Shown piece after piece: positions 1-9,853 of a stretch of DNA of 64,000 bases. The notes beneath the pieces were generated by a model. That model did no database searches. It was given only the letters and a program-made list of their open reading frames with translations, and was not told where the DNA came from. This DNA comes from an uncultured Gammaproteobacteria bacterium (GTDB lineage: Bacteria > Patescibacteriota > Patescibacteriia > Magasanikbacterales > GWA2-37-8), in contig CAZXML010000004.1 of the NCBI GenBank assembly GCA_964641245.1, forward strand, positions 5,418 through 69,417, read 5' to 3'. A program made the translations under genes and the position numbers. Each line of letters opens with the position of its first letter. The stretch's first letter is position 1.

Positions 1-566
1 TTTCCAATCGGGTGGCTATTATTGCCACTATTCAACCTGAAGGCTACGAGCCAATCGAAGTGGCTTGTACTCATCTGTCTACGTGGACACAGGTTCCACC
101 AAATCATCCCGATTTTTACAGTTGGGAGGATGAGATGATTGCTCAAGTTGACGCTATTTCCAAACGGCTCAAGAAAAGAGCCAAAGATAACCGGCCGTCG
201 CTTTTTCTTGGTGACATGAATGCAGGGCCGGAAATTGGCGATAATATCAGCGAAGAGATGCCGATGGTTTGGAAGCGGATTATGGAACTTGGTTTTTCGA
301 GTCCAGTAACGGAAGTCAAGGAGCCGTTTTGCACCATGTGCAGAACCAACACCTTGCGGCCCAAATCCTCTACGGATACCCTTATTGATCATGTGTTGGT
401 TAGGGACCCGGCCGGAGGTACGGAGCTGGAAACGGAGTCGGTGTATAAGTTTTTTGACCAGCCCCGCAAGTTCGCAGGTTACAACGGCGAGCCGGTCAAA
501 AAACATTTGTCGGATCACTACGGCGTAGTTGTTATCTTTCGTCTGCGAACTGAAAAAGGGGAGTAA
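1..566 (+). CDS. Endonuclease/exonuclease/phosphatase (EEP) family protein, probably 5'-partial
   Basis: THL, GDMN, IDHV and LSDHYGV motifs typical of the EEP fold; frame is open to the window edge. Confidence 0.8.
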   Translation, partial: SNRVAIIATIQPEGYEPIEVACTHLSTWTQVPPNHPDFYSWEDEMIAQVDAISKRLKKRAKDNRPSLFLGDMNAGPEIGDNISEEMPMVWKRIMELGFSSPVTEVKEPFCTMCRTNTLRPKSSTDTLIDHVLVRDPAGGTELETESVYKFFDQPRKFAGYNGEPVKKHLSDHYGVVVIFRLRTEKGE

Positions 567-580
567 TATTATTAGTTGCC

Positions 581-619
581 AGCCCGCCTGGATTAATTTT
601 CGGCGGGCTTTGTTTTTTT
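581..619 (+). terminator. Intrinsic terminator
   Basis: AGCCCGCC/GGCGGGCT stem followed by a T tract. Confidence 0.65.
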
Positions 620-644
620 CCGCGGAATACGGTATAGTAATTTC

Positions 645-1754
645 ATGCAAAGCGAATTTTCATATAAATTTTATAATACCACCGTTTTGGCCTGGGAGGG
701 GATGCGCCAGGCTCTTTTGGATGCAAAAAAATCAATTTATTGGGAAATTTACACTCTCAACGATGATTTGGCGGGCAGGCCGTTTATAGATATTTTGTGC
801 GCCAAAGCCAAAGCCGGTCTGGACGTAAAATTAATCACCGACGCCATCGGCAGTTTTTATTTATCTAAAGAGGCGATTGGGCGGATAAAAAATGCGGGTA
901 TTAAATTTCTGACTTTTAATCATCTTCGTCCGGATTTTATGGTACAAAATTGGTGGCGGCGCGTCTGGCACCGCACGCACCGCAAAGTTTTAATCATAGA
1001 CGAAGATCTGGCGTTTATAGGCGGGGTAAATATTTCGGATGCTTCTAAAGATTGGTATGATTTACATTTAAAACTTTCCGGAAAAATAGTGCGCCCGATT
1101 TTATTTGGTTTTGCCAAGTCTTATGTGCGGGCCGGAGGAAATAAAAAAGATGTGGAACATTTACTGCACCCTAAATTACTTGCTGGATTAGATGATTTGC
1201 GGGAAAAAGTCAGTTTTATTTTTCATTCGCCGTTGCGCACAACCAACCGTTCTCCTTTTAAAAAAATTTATAAACAAGCCCTGAATACGGCCAAAGAAAG
1301 TTTCAACCTGCTCACGCCGTATTATGTGCCGGACAGGCAATTTTTATCGCTGGTGTCGCAGGCCAAACGCCGGGGAGTGAAAATCAATATTATTTTGCCG
1401 TGGAAAACCGATATCCGCTTAATGCAATATATGGCCACTATGTTTTACGGAATTTCCGCCAAGGCCGGAGCGGCGTTTTATTTTTTAAGAAAAATGAATC
1501 ATGGCAAAGCTTTAAGCCGGGATAATAATCTGGGAATGGTGGGAAGCGCCAATTTAACCCCGCGGAGTTTTTATGTAAACCAGGAAGCGGGCGTAACTTT
1601 CACCCACGAACAGATGGTGGAGGAGTTAAACCATATTTTAGACGACTGGAAAAGTGAAGCCGTGCCTTTAACCGATTTGGGGTTCGGCAATAAGCGCGGT
1701 TGGTACGGAAAATTTAAGGACTGGTGGCTGAATAAATTACATGATTATGTTTAA
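645..1754 (+). CDS. Phospholipase D / cardiolipin synthase family protein
   Basis: Two HxKxxxxD motifs (HRKVLIID..GGVN, HGKALSRD..GSAN) and a TPYYVP motif. Confidence 0.9.
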   Translation: MQSEFSYKFYNTTVLAWEGMRQALLDAKKSIYWEIYTLNDDLAGRPFIDILCAKAKAGLDVKLITDAIGSFYLSKEAIGRIKNAGIKFLTFNHLRPDFMVQNWWRRVWHRTHRKVLIIDEDLAFIGGVNISDASKDWYDLHLKLSGKIVRPILFGFAKSYVRAGGNKKDVEHLLHPKLLAGLDDLREKVSFIFHSPLRTTNRSPFKKIYKQALNTAKESFNLLTPYYVPDRQFLSLVSQAKRRGVKINIILPWKTDIRLMQYMATMFYGISAKAGAAFYFLRKMNHGKALSRDNNLGMVGSANLTPRSFYVNQEAGVTFTHEQMVEELNHILDDWKSEAVPLTDLGFGNKRGWYGKFKDWWLNKLHDYV

Positions 1755-1756
1755 TA

Positions 1757-1802
1757 AAAGAGCCCTCTCCGTTCGCCTAGGCGAACAGAGAGGGCTTATT
1801 TT
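1757..1802. terminator. Bidirectional terminator hairpin between convergent genes
   Basis: AGCCCTCT..GTTCGC-CTAG-GCGAAC..AGAGGGCT with A/T flanks. Confidence 0.65.
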
Positions 1803-1815
1803 GTTATGGCGCATG

Positions 1816-2748
1816 CTATTGGCGCGGCATGGGCAATCTTTCCGGCTTGGACTGATGAAGTTCTGACATGTTGGGGTAATGATTATTGATCTGTTCGATT
1901 AGTTTTTCGGTAGAGGGGCCGTTAGTATCGCCATTTTTTGTTTCTTTTACAGACGACGCACTCATCTTGTGCGGGTACGTATCGGCGCGAATTTGCGCCC
2001 AAACTGATTTTGCTCGGCTGACCGGAATTGTTACTACGCTCGGCGAATTGCTCAATCGGCCAACGACAATGGCCACGATGGCTTTTTGCCGAACACTGGC
2101 GACAGATGAGCCGGACGAGCCTGGCCCGACTTCGCCCTGGAGAAACATGTTGTTTGTCCAGTTGATGTCGTTGAAAACAAGATTGCGAAGCACTTTTGTC
2201 AGGCTGACACTGCCGCGAAAGAGCTGTTTGCCGTAGCCGCCCGGACAGGCGACATTGGTGATATTTTCTCCAAGCGTGGCATCGTTTTCTGCCAGGGGGA
2301 TGATTTCAATATCACGATCCAATTCTGCCGCCAGGAACAACAGGTCATCTCCCGCGTGCTGGTAGCCGGCACCGACGATTGTGATTGGGTAGTAAGGCCC
2401 GGCTTGAAGATCGTCATTGAAGTTGATGAAAAAATCTTCTTTGCTTATGTTCACGTGGCCGGACAGAGCGTCGTCTTCTGCTGCGCAATGAGCGGCGCTG
2501 ATAAGGTAGGTAATCTTACCCTCCTTGGCAAACACTGTGGCTGTGCACAAAAATCTTTTATCACCGTCTTCATTGACAAAGAGCTGGGCCGTTGCCTGGT
2601 AAAACTTTTTTTCCAGGGGGCTCATTTCTGTTGCCACTGAAATTGTAGCGGTGTCGTGGTTTGACCCTTTTACAGCTGCACAGGCCGCCACCAAGACGAA
2701 CGCCAGGGACATCAGAACTACACCCATTGAGACGCCGATCTTTTTCAT
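1816..2748 (-). CDS. Secreted or lipoprotein trypsin-like serine protease
   Basis: SAAHC and GPGSSGS catalytic motifs; hydrophobic N-terminus ending LVAAC; AGGAG RBS before the ATG at 2748. Confidence 0.75.
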   Translation of the reverse strand: MKKIGVSMGVVLMSLAFVLVAACAAVKGSNHDTATISVATEMSPLEKKFYQATAQLFVNEDGDKRFLCTATVFAKEGKITYLISAAHCAAEDDALSGHVNISKEDFFINFNDDLQAGPYYPITIVGAGYQHAGDDLLFLAAELDRDIEIIPLAENDATLGENITNVACPGGYGKQLFRGSVSLTKVLRNLVFNDINWTNNMFLQGEVGPGSSGSSVASVRQKAIVAIVVGRLSNSPSVVTIPVSRAKSVWAQIRADTYPHKMSASSVKETKNGDTNGPSTEKLIEQINNHYPNMSELHQSKPERLPMPRQ

Positions 2749-2895
2749 CGCACTTCTCCTTCGTGTTGTGGTCAAATATGGCCACAGAGTATTATCTTAG
2801 CACGTATATTAAAAAGACACAATTTTTATAGACTAATTAAAGTATTGATGCTAATATTATACAGGAGGGAATTAAATTTTATCACAGCAACTATT

Positions 2896-3639
2896 ATGCG
2901 ACTAACATTTCTCGGCACAAACGGCTGGTATGATTCCGGCACCGGCAATACGCCATCGGCATTACTCGAGACGGAAAAATATTATATTATTTTTGATGCC
3001 GGTTTTGGGTTGGCAAAGGTGGGAGATTACATCAAAGACGACAAGCCAATTTTTTTATTTCTTAGCCATTTTCATATAGACCATATTTGCGGTTTGCATG
3101 CCTTGCCGAAATTTAATTTTAAACAGGGGCTGACCATTTTTGGCCGGAAGGATTTAAAAAAACTTTTCAAAACAGTGATTAATCATCCTTTTTCCGCGCC
3201 GTTGGAATATCTGCGGTATAAAGTAAACCTGGTTCCTCTTAAAGAGGGCAGTTATACACAACCGTTTGATTTTTCCTGTAAGCAATTAAAACACATGGAT
3301 TCCGCCATGGGTTACCGCCTGAATGTTGACGGCAAAATCATTGTTTATTGTTCGGACACAGCCATTTGCGATAATGACCGGCTGTTGGCGCAAGATGCCG
3401 ACTTGCTTATTCATGAGTGCACCTTTGTGCCTGGCGAGGTTTCCGATTGGGGTCATTCCAGACCAGAGGAAGTGGCCGAATTGGCCTTAAAAGCCAATGT
3501 AAAGCAACTGGCCCTAACTCATTTTGGCGCCGCCGGGTATAACAGTTTAGCAGTACGGCAAAACGCTGAAGACGTAGCCAAACAGATTTTTCCAAATACT
3601 ACAGCCACTACCGACGGCCTTGAAATCGTGATATACTAG
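2896..3639 (+). CDS. Metallo-beta-lactamase fold hydrolase, ribonuclease Z-like
   Basis: FLGT start, SHFHIDH, SDT, LIHEC, HS and LTH motifs. Confidence 0.8.
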   Translation: MRLTFLGTNGWYDSGTGNTPSALLETEKYYIIFDAGFGLAKVGDYIKDDKPIFLFLSHFHIDHICGLHALPKFNFKQGLTIFGRKDLKKLFKTVINHPFSAPLEYLRYKVNLVPLKEGSYTQPFDFSCKQLKHMDSAMGYRLNVDGKIIVYCSDTAICDNDRLLAQDADLLIHECTFVPGEVSDWGHSRPEEVAELALKANVKQLALTHFGAAGYNSLAVRQNAEDVAKQIFPNTTATTDGLEIVIY

Positions 3640-3646
3640 ATTTTGT

Positions 3647-4357
3647 ATGTTAACCTACTTTTGGACGAGTTATCTATATCAGCCGGTATTTAACGCGCTA
3701 ATTTGGATTTACCTTAATATCGCCGAGCGTAATTTGGGCTGGTCCGTGGTTTGGCTCACTATTTTTTTACGTATCATTCTTTTACCGCTCACTTTAATTT
3801 CCGAACGCGATGCCGTTAGGCAAGAAAACGTGGAAGAAGAAGCCCGCCATGCGGCCAAAGCGTTTAAGAACGATGCCGTGGCGCAAAAAGAAGAAATCAG
3901 AAAAATAATGAAGAAAAACCGGGTTTCTCCATGGGCCAAGGTCATGTCCATTGGTCTTCAGTTATTGGTCTTAATACTTTTATACCAGGTTTTCGTCCGG
4001 GGTATAACCGGAGACCGGGTAATCAAGTTTTTATATCTGTGGATAGATTTTCCCGGTAAAATGAACGTTGATTTTTACGGTTTCAACATCGGCAACCGCC
4101 ACGACAGTCTTTGGGCCGGAGCAACCGCATTGTATCTTTTCTTTTCAATTTATTTAGGAGAAGGCCCTAGCCGTAAAAAAGACCAGTCCAGAACCACCTT
4201 CATGTTCCTTTTCCCGCTTTTTACCTTTTTGGCCCTGTGGCTATTACCCATGGTAAAATCCCTCTTCATTTTGACTTCCATGATATTTTCTGATACTATT
4301 ACTTTAATCAGAATGATGATTTTCCCCAAGAAAAAAGAGGTTTTAAAAAAGAAATAA
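3647..4357 (+). CDS. yidC: YidC/Oxa1 family membrane protein insertase (short form)
   Basis: LGWSVVWLTIFLRIILLPL TM1 motif, coiled region, several TM segments. Confidence 0.7.
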   Translation: MLTYFWTSYLYQPVFNALIWIYLNIAERNLGWSVVWLTIFLRIILLPLTLISERDAVRQENVEEEARHAAKAFKNDAVAQKEEIRKIMKKNRVSPWAKVMSIGLQLLVLILLYQVFVRGITGDRVIKFLYLWIDFPGKMNVDFYGFNIGNRHDSLWAGATALYLFFSIYLGEGPSRKKDQSRTTFMFLFPLFTFLALWLLPMVKSLFILTSMIFSDTITLIRMMIFPKKKEVLKKK

Positions 4358-4361
4358 TCAT

Positions 4362-4424
4362 TGTCATCCTGAACTTGTTTCAGGATCTACACGATAAAGA
4401 TGCTGAAATAAATTCAGCATGACA
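4362..4424. repeat. Family A palindromic element
   Basis: TGTCATCCTGAACTTGTTTCAGGATCT..AGATGCTGAAATAAATTCAGCATGACA. Confidence 0.9.
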
Positions 4425-4440
4425 GCTAAATTTAAATTCT

Positions 4441-5007
4441 ATGTCCGGAGATTCCTTCGACAAATTAATGTATTCATTTGTAATGGATGATGTTTTAAAG
4501 GGGATTTTTATAAGCGTTCCTCCCGGATACGTGGCTTGTGTTTACGATTTGGGCAGAGGCGTATTAAAAAAGGTTTTAACACCCGGTCTTCATTTAAAAA
4601 TTCCGTTTTGGCAAAAAGCCAAATTATTCAATACGCAAACCTTGGAATACAGTATTTCCCGCCAATTTAATCCGGAACACGAAAAAGCCTTGGGCGACAT
4701 TCCAATTGCCGCCGGCACCAAAGACGGCCAGCGCTGTGGGGTGGAAGGAACAATTTTATTGCGTCTGGATGTGCATCAGGTGCCGTCTATCTGGCAAACA
4801 ATCGGGGAAGACTTTGTGGCCAAAATTGTGCGCCCCACTATCCGCAGCCGCATACGCATGGTATTCTCCAAATTTGATTACCAAGACATAGTTGGCGCCA
4901 AAAGAGACGCGGTAGAAATGGAATTAAAGAATGAGCTGGAAAGAATTTTCTATGCCCGCGGAATCTATGTAGAAAATGTTTTGTTAAGCGAAATCGCCAA
5001 AATTTAA
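4441..5007 (+). CDS. SPFH/prohibitin (band 7) domain protein
   Basis: VPPGYV..PGLHLKIPFWQ and TKDGQ motifs. Confidence 0.8.
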   Translation: MSGDSFDKLMYSFVMDDVLKGIFISVPPGYVACVYDLGRGVLKKVLTPGLHLKIPFWQKAKLFNTQTLEYSISRQFNPEHEKALGDIPIAAGTKDGQRCGVEGTILLRLDVHQVPSIWQTIGEDFVAKIVRPTIRSRIRMVFSKFDYQDIVGAKRDAVEMELKNELERIFYARGIYVENVLLSEIAKI

Positions 5008-5036
5008 CAGGCACAGTACAAGACAAAAAGCCCCTC

Positions 5037-5065
5037 TTGACGGGGCTTTTTAAGTGTGGTATATT
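5037..5065 (+). promoter_or_regulatory. Sigma70 promoter of the hrcA operon
   Basis: TTGACG-17 bp-TATATT with extended TG; the -35 lies in the loop of a terminator-like hairpin at 5025-5051. Confidence 0.7.
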
Positions 5066-5090
5066 ATCACTCGTAAGGTTGGAGTGATAA
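5064..5090. promoter_or_regulatory. CIRCE operator (HrcA site), symmetric variant
   Basis: TTATCACTC-N9-GAGTGATAA directly upstream of hrcA (consensus TTAGCACTC-N9-GAGTGCTAA). Confidence 0.9.
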
Positions 5091-5099
5091 TAACACCCT

Positions 5100-5780
5100 A
5101 TGAATAGTCGTGGTGAAAAAATCTTAAATTTAGTCATTGAAAGCTATATTGCCAACGCCGAACCCGTGGGTTCCAAGTTTTTGGTTTCTGTGGGTGGTTT
5201 GGATTTGGGCGAAGCTACTATTCGCAATGAATTGCGTGCGCTAGAAGAAGAGGGCTTTTTAACTCATCCGCACACTTCGGCCGGAAGAATTCCCACGGAA
5301 AAAGGCTATAAACACTATATTAAAAATCTAAATTTAGCCAAAAGCCACATCTCCAAAAACGACGGTAAAATCCTATCAAATTCCTTGGAAAAAGACACCG
5401 ACCACGAATCATCTTTTAAAAATATGGCCAAAACAATGGTGGAGTTATCCAACGAAACCGTGGTCATTGCTTTTTCACCGGAAAATATATACTATACCGG
5501 TTTATCCAATCTTTTTAACAAGCCGGAATTTACCGAACTAAGTTTGGTAGCCGGCATCTCCGAAATGTTTGACCACTGCGAAGAAAGTCTGGAAGGTTTT
5601 TTTGATAAAGTAGACGTTAACCCGCAATATTTTATCGGCGACGAACATCCTTTCGGCGAAATGCTTAGCGTGGTGTCCATGCGCTTTGGAAAAGACGGAT
5701 TGGTGGCGCTATTGGGACCGAAACGAATGGATTACAAATACAATTTTGGTTTAATGAAAAAATTGTTAGAATTAATTTAA
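5100..5780 (+). CDS. hrcA: Heat-inducible transcription repressor HrcA (short form)
   Basis: EPVGSK..ATIRNEL..PHTSAGRIPTEKGY and LGPKRMDY motifs. Confidence 0.92.
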   Translation: MNSRGEKILNLVIESYIANAEPVGSKFLVSVGGLDLGEATIRNELRALEEEGFLTHPHTSAGRIPTEKGYKHYIKNLNLAKSHISKNDGKILSNSLEKDTDHESSFKNMAKTMVELSNETVVIAFSPENIYYTGLSNLFNKPEFTELSLVAGISEMFDHCEESLEGFFDKVDVNPQYFIGDEHPFGEMLSVVSMRFGKDGLVALLGPKRMDYKYNFGLMKKLLELI

Positions 5781-5793
5781 CCTCCCCATCAAT

Positions 5794-5831
5794 TCTCTCC
5801 CCTTTTAGGGGAGAGACAGAGAGAGGGGTAT
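5794..5831 (+). repeat. Family B element (hairpin plus mirror purine arm)
   Basis: TCTCTCCCC-TTTTA-GGGGAGAGA-CAG-AGAGAGGGG-TAT. Confidence 0.9.
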
Positions 5832-5863
5832 CGTAAGTAATACTTTAATAATACAAAATATTT

Positions 5864-6343
5864 ATGTCAGACGAAGAAATAAAAGAAGAAAATTTAGAAA
5901 ATTCTGAACCTGTTAAATCCGAAGCCGAAGAATACAAAGCCAATTGGCAACGGGCTTTGGCGGATTACCGGAATCTGCAAAAAGAAACCATGGCCATGCG
6001 GTCGCAGTGGGCCAAAATGAGTGAAGAAAATATTTTGCAGAATTTTATTCCGGTTTATGAGTACCTGAAATTAGCAATTAACAACGAACAACTAGCAAAT
6101 GATAAAAACCCTTGGTTGGAAGGTGTTAGACACGTTATACGTCAGTTTGCAGGGGTTTTGAAATCTTACGGGGTAGAAGAAATAAAAACAGTGGGCGAAA
6201 AGTTTGACCCCCATTGGCACGAAGCGATTGGTGAAGAAGAAGCCGAAGACCGCGAGGCCGGGTTCATCCTAAAAGAAGTGGAAAGCGGATATAAAATGGG
6301 TGACAAAGTAATAAAACCAGCCAGGGTAATAATTTCTAAATAA
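5864..6343 (+). CDS. grpE: Nucleotide exchange factor GrpE
   Basis: RALADYRN, FDPHWHEAI and GYKMGDKVIKPARV motifs; operon context. Confidence 0.95.
   Translation: MSDEEIKEENLENSEPVKSEAEEYKANWQRALADYRNLQKETMAMRSQWAKMSEENILQNFIPVYEYLKLAINNEQLANDKNPWLEGVRHVIRQFAGVLKSYGVEEIKTVGEKFDPHWHEAIGEEEAEDREAGFILKEVESGYKMGDKVIKPARVIISK
6071..6098 (+). repeat. Family C heptamer array inside grpE
   Basis: TTAGCAA TTAACAA CGAACAA CTAGCAA, encoding LAINNEQLA. Confidence 0.6.
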
Positions 6344-6348
6344 TAAGT

Positions 6349-6672
6349 ATGGCACCAGAAAAAGGCGAGGAAGATTTTTTTGGGCAAATAGAACCCAAAG
6401 AAAGCAGGAAAGCAGGCAGAGAAATAGCCGTTAATGTTCCGCTGTTTTCAACGGATAGAACACAAAGTTTTAAAGAATATAGCCGGGTGATAACGGAAGC
6501 GGAAAAAATGGCTCAAAATGCCGATTTAATACAAATGGTTAACGATAAAAAATTGCACTTTACCGTATTATATCGTCTTAGCGATGAGTATGAAATTAAC
6601 GGCCGGCCAGACCCAAAAAATCTAAAAGAAAAAGTTAAAACCGCCATTTTACAGCTAATGTCGCGGATGTAA
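6349..6672 (+). CDS. Hypothetical protein
   Basis: 107-aa ORF tightly packed after grpE; no recognised motif. Confidence 0.55.
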   Translation: MAPEKGEEDFFGQIEPKESRKAGREIAVNVPLFSTDRTQSFKEYSRVITEAEKMAQNADLIQMVNDKKLHFTVLYRLSDEYEINGRPDPKNLKEKVKTAILQLMSRM

Positions 6673-6693
6673 AAAAATAATTTCCTCTTTCGT

Positions 6694-6829
6694 CCCTCCC
6701 CCTTTTAGGGGGAGGACAGAGGAAGGGGTATCTCGGCGGGTTCTCTCCCTATTAGGGGAGAGATAAAGAGAGGGGTATTTCACTCAATCACTCTCTCCCC
6801 TTTTAGGGGAGAGACAGAGAGATGGGTAT
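6694..6829 (+). repeat. Three tandem family B elements upstream of the DUF559 gene
   Basis: Copies at 6694-6731, 6742-6778 and 6792-6829. Confidence 0.92.
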
Positions 6830-6847
6830 TCGGTAATCGCGTTGAGT

Positions 6848-7231
6848 ATGATCAAAAAATACATCTACAAAAATGCCCACAAACTAAAAGACATACGCCA
6901 ATCACTCCGCGCCAACCCCACCAAGGCCGAAGAGATTCTCTGGCAACACTTAAGACGCAATCAATTAGGTTTTAAATTTCGCAGACAATTCAGCATAAAT
7001 AGTGTAGTCGTGGATTTTTGTAGCGAGCAATTAAAGCTGGTTATAGAAATCGACGGCTGGACGCATGATTTTGAGAAAACACAATTAAAGGATGCACGGA
7101 AACAGAAAATGTTAGAGGAGAATGGGTATAAAGTTGTGCGGTATACAAATGAACAGGTTTATGGGGATATCGGAGTGTTGGTTGGTGGTATAAAGAAAAT
7201 TTGCGACAGCAGGGCTTCCTTCCCCTTTTAG
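6848..7231 (+). CDS. DUF559 / Vsr-like endonuclease domain protein
   Basis: LRANPTKAEEILWQHLR..FKFRRQ..VDF..LVIEIDGWTH..GYKVVRYTNEQV; the stop codon is supplied by a family B repeat. Confidence 0.9.
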   Translation: MIKKYIYKNAHKLKDIRQSLRANPTKAEEILWQHLRRNQLGFKFRRQFSINSVVVDFCSEQLKLVIEIDGWTHDFEKTQLKDARKQKMLEENGYKVVRYTNEQVYGDIGVLVGGIKKICDSRASFPF

Positions 7232-7392
7232 GGGAAGGACAGAGGATGGGGTATCTGTAGAACAATGTTTACGAACGAATACCCCCACCCTGCCCTCCCC
7301 CTAAAAGGGGGAGGAACGAGACAACGACAAATAGTAGTCAGTACGCTCAATCGCTCCCGCCCCTTTTAGGGGAGGGATAGAGGGAGGGGTAT
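7217..7392. repeat. Three family B elements downstream of the DUF559 gene (middle one inverted)
   Basis: 7217-7254 (+), 7279-7315 (-), 7355-7392 (+). Confidence 0.92.
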
Positions 7393-7420
7393 TTGTTCGT
7401 TTGAGATAAAAAAATAAATT

Positions 7421-7918
7421 ATGAATGTAGAAATTAGAGAATATATAGAAAGTGATTTTCAAGAATTAGTAAATTGTATAAATAGTTTTGAGGATTACTA
7501 TGCTTTTTTGAGTGGAAATCAAAGAAAAAGTCGCTCGCCAGATTTTGGCGAAAAATTTACACCATTCCTTATTCAAAAAACAAAAAGTCAAAATGGTCAG
7601 ATATTGGTGGCGAAGCAAGGCAGTACCATAATTGGTTTTGCCGCAGGGATTATATTAGAGCAGGACGCGTTTGATAGGGTTGCAAATGGAGAGAATAAAT
7701 ATGGCGTGGTACAAGAGTTGTTTGTGAAAGAGGATTATAGAAATAATAGTATTGGAAAACAGTTACTTGAAAAATTAGAAAATCATTTTAAAGAGCAAGA
7801 TTGTACTGCAATTAAAATAGAAATAGATTATATAAATAAAGAGGTCGAACATTTTTATCAAAAAGTCGGATATAAACCAAGAAGCACAATCGTATATAAA
7901 TCAATAATAAAACAATAA
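7421..7918 (+). CDS. GNAT family N-acetyltransferase
   Basis: [18 protein letters not shown] motif A and FYQKVGY. Confidence 0.88.
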   Translation: MNVEIREYIESDFQELVNCINSFEDYYAFLSGNQRKSRSPDFGEKFTPFLIQKTKSQNGQILVAKQGSTIIGFAAGIILEQDAFDRVANGENKYGVVQELFVKEDYRNNSIGKQLLEKLENHFKEQDCTAIKIEIDYINKEVEHFYQKVGYKPRSTIVYKSIIKQ

Positions 7919-7919
7919 T

Positions 7920-9830
7920 ATGAGTAAAGTTCTCGGAATCGACCTCGGTACTACAAACAGTTGCATGGCAGTTATCGAAGGCGGACAGCCAAAGGTGATG
8001 GAAAACAAAGAAGGCGCGCGCACCACTCCTTCTATTGTGGCTATTTCTAAAACCGGTGAGCGGTTGGTGGGGCAATTGGCCAAACGTCAATCCATTACCA
8101 ATTCGCAAAATACTTTGTATTCCATCAAACGTTTAATCGGCCGACGCTGGGAAGACCAAGAAGTTCAGCGCGACTTGGCTCTTTTACCGTACAAGATAGT
8201 AAAGAGCGGTGATGGAGTAAAAATAGAAATGTCCGGCAAGGAATATACTCCGCAGGAAATTTCGGCTATGATTTTGGGAAAAATGAAAGCGGATGCCGAA
8301 GAAAAATTGGGTGAAAAAATTACCGAAGCGGTTATTACCGTGCCAGCTTATTTTGATGATGCTCAACGCCAGGCCACCAAAGACGCGGGCGCGATTGCCG
8401 GATTAAATGTTTTGCGTATTATCAACGAACCTACGGCCGCGGCTTTGGCTTATGGTTTTGATAAAAAGAAAGATCAAAAAATTGCGGTGTACGATTTGGG
8501 CGGCGGGACTTTTGATATTTCTATTTTGGAAGTTAGCGCCGACACCGTGCAGGTTTTGTCCACTAACGGCGATACTCATTTGGGTGGAGATGACTTTGAT
8601 AATGTTATTATAAATTGGATTAACGAAGAGTTTAAAAGAGACAGCGGGATAGACTTAAGCAAGGATCTTTTGTCTAAACAACGCATAAAAGAGGCTGCCG
8701 AGAAGGCCAAGATAGAGTTATCCACAGCCCAGGAAACCGAAATTAACCAGCCGTTTATCACCTCCGATTCCACCGGGCCAAAACACTTAGTAATGAAATT
8801 AACGAGAGCCAAACTGGAAGAATTGGTAGGGGAGTTGGTGGACAAAACCATGGCTCCGGTGCGCAAAGCTTTGGAAGATGCCAAACTTAAGGCCGGAGAT
8901 TTAAACGAAGTGGTAATGGTTGGGGGTATGACTCGCATGCCTTTGGTTCTGCAAACAGTAGAAAAGTTTTTTGGTAAAAAACCAAATATCAGTGTTAACC
9001 CGGACGAAGTGGTGGCGGTTGGCGCGGCGGTGCAGGCAGGCGTCTTAAAAGGCGAAGTGCACGATGTACTTTTGCTGGATGTTATTCCTTTGTCTTTCGG
9101 TTTAGAAACATTAGGCGGAGTGATGACCAAGTTAATTGAACGCAACACCACGATCCCGACTTCCAAGAGCCAGGTATTTTCTACCGCGGCCGATAATCAG
9201 CCGGCTGTAGAAATTAACGTGCTTCAAGGTGAACGTCCGATGGCCACAGACAATAAAAATTTGGGCAGATTTATTCTGGACGGTATTCCACCGGCTCCGC
9301 GCGGAGTTCCGCAGGTGGAAGTTACATTTGATATAGATGCCAACGGAATTTTAAACGTCAAGGCAAAAGATAAAGCCACCAACAAAGAACAATCTATCCG
9401 CATTGAAGCAAGTACCGGTTTGTCTAAAGAAGAAGTGGAGAAAATGAAAAAAGACGCCGAGACTCATGCGGTTGAAGACAAGCAAAAACAAGAATTAATT
9501 GAAATAAAAAATATCGCCGACACCATGGCTTACACCACCGAAAAAATGATGAAGGAAGTGGAAGAGAAAAAAGTTAATGTCAGCGATGAGGAAAAAAATA
9601 AAGTAAATGAGGCGTTGAAAGCTCTCAAAGAAGTAAAAGACAAAGACGATGTGGAGGCTATTAAAAAGGCTTCGGAAGAATTATCCAAAGTTGCTCAAGT
9701 AATCGGCGCTAAGATGTACGAACAAGCAAAAGCCGCTGAAGCCAAACCTGGAGCCGAAGAACAAAAAGCCGGCGAATCTGGCGCTCCGGAAAATCCAATT
9801 GAAGGGGAAGTGGTTGATGATAAAAAATAA
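7920..9830 (+). CDS. dnaK: Chaperone DnaK
   Basis: [15 protein letters not shown] and DLGGGTFD Hsp70 signatures. Confidence 0.99.
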   Translation: MSKVLGIDLGTTNSCMAVIEGGQPKVMENKEGARTTPSIVAISKTGERLVGQLAKRQSITNSQNTLYSIKRLIGRRWEDQEVQRDLALLPYKIVKSGDGVKIEMSGKEYTPQEISAMILGKMKADAEEKLGEKITEAVITVPAYFDDAQRQATKDAGAIAGLNVLRIINEPTAAALAYGFDKKKDQKIAVYDLGGGTFDISILEVSADTVQVLSTNGDTHLGGDDFDNVIINWINEEFKRDSGIDLSKDLLSKQRIKEAAEKAKIELSTAQETEINQPFITSDSTGPKHLVMKLTRAKLEELVGELVDKTMAPVRKALEDAKLKAGDLNEVVMVGGMTRMPLVLQTVEKFFGKKPNISVNPDEVVAVGAAVQAGVLKGEVHDVLLLDVIPLSFGLETLGGVMTKLIERNTTIPTSKSQVFSTAADNQPAVEINVLQGERPMATDNKNLGRFILDGIPPAPRGVPQVEVTFDIDANGILNVKAKDKATNKEQSIRIEASTGLSKEEVEKMKKDAETHAVEDKQKQELIEIKNIADTMAYTTEKMMKEVEEKKVNVSDEEKNKVNEALKALKEVKDKDDVEAIKKASEELSKVAQVIGAKMYEQAKAAEAKPGAEEQKAGESGAPENPIEGEVVDDKK

Positions 9831-9853
9831 TCTTAATTATCTTAATTATATTT

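Noticed and set aside
6694-7392. CRISPR array
   Set aside because: Repeats are degenerate, spacers are short or irregular, orientation is mixed, and no cas genes are present.
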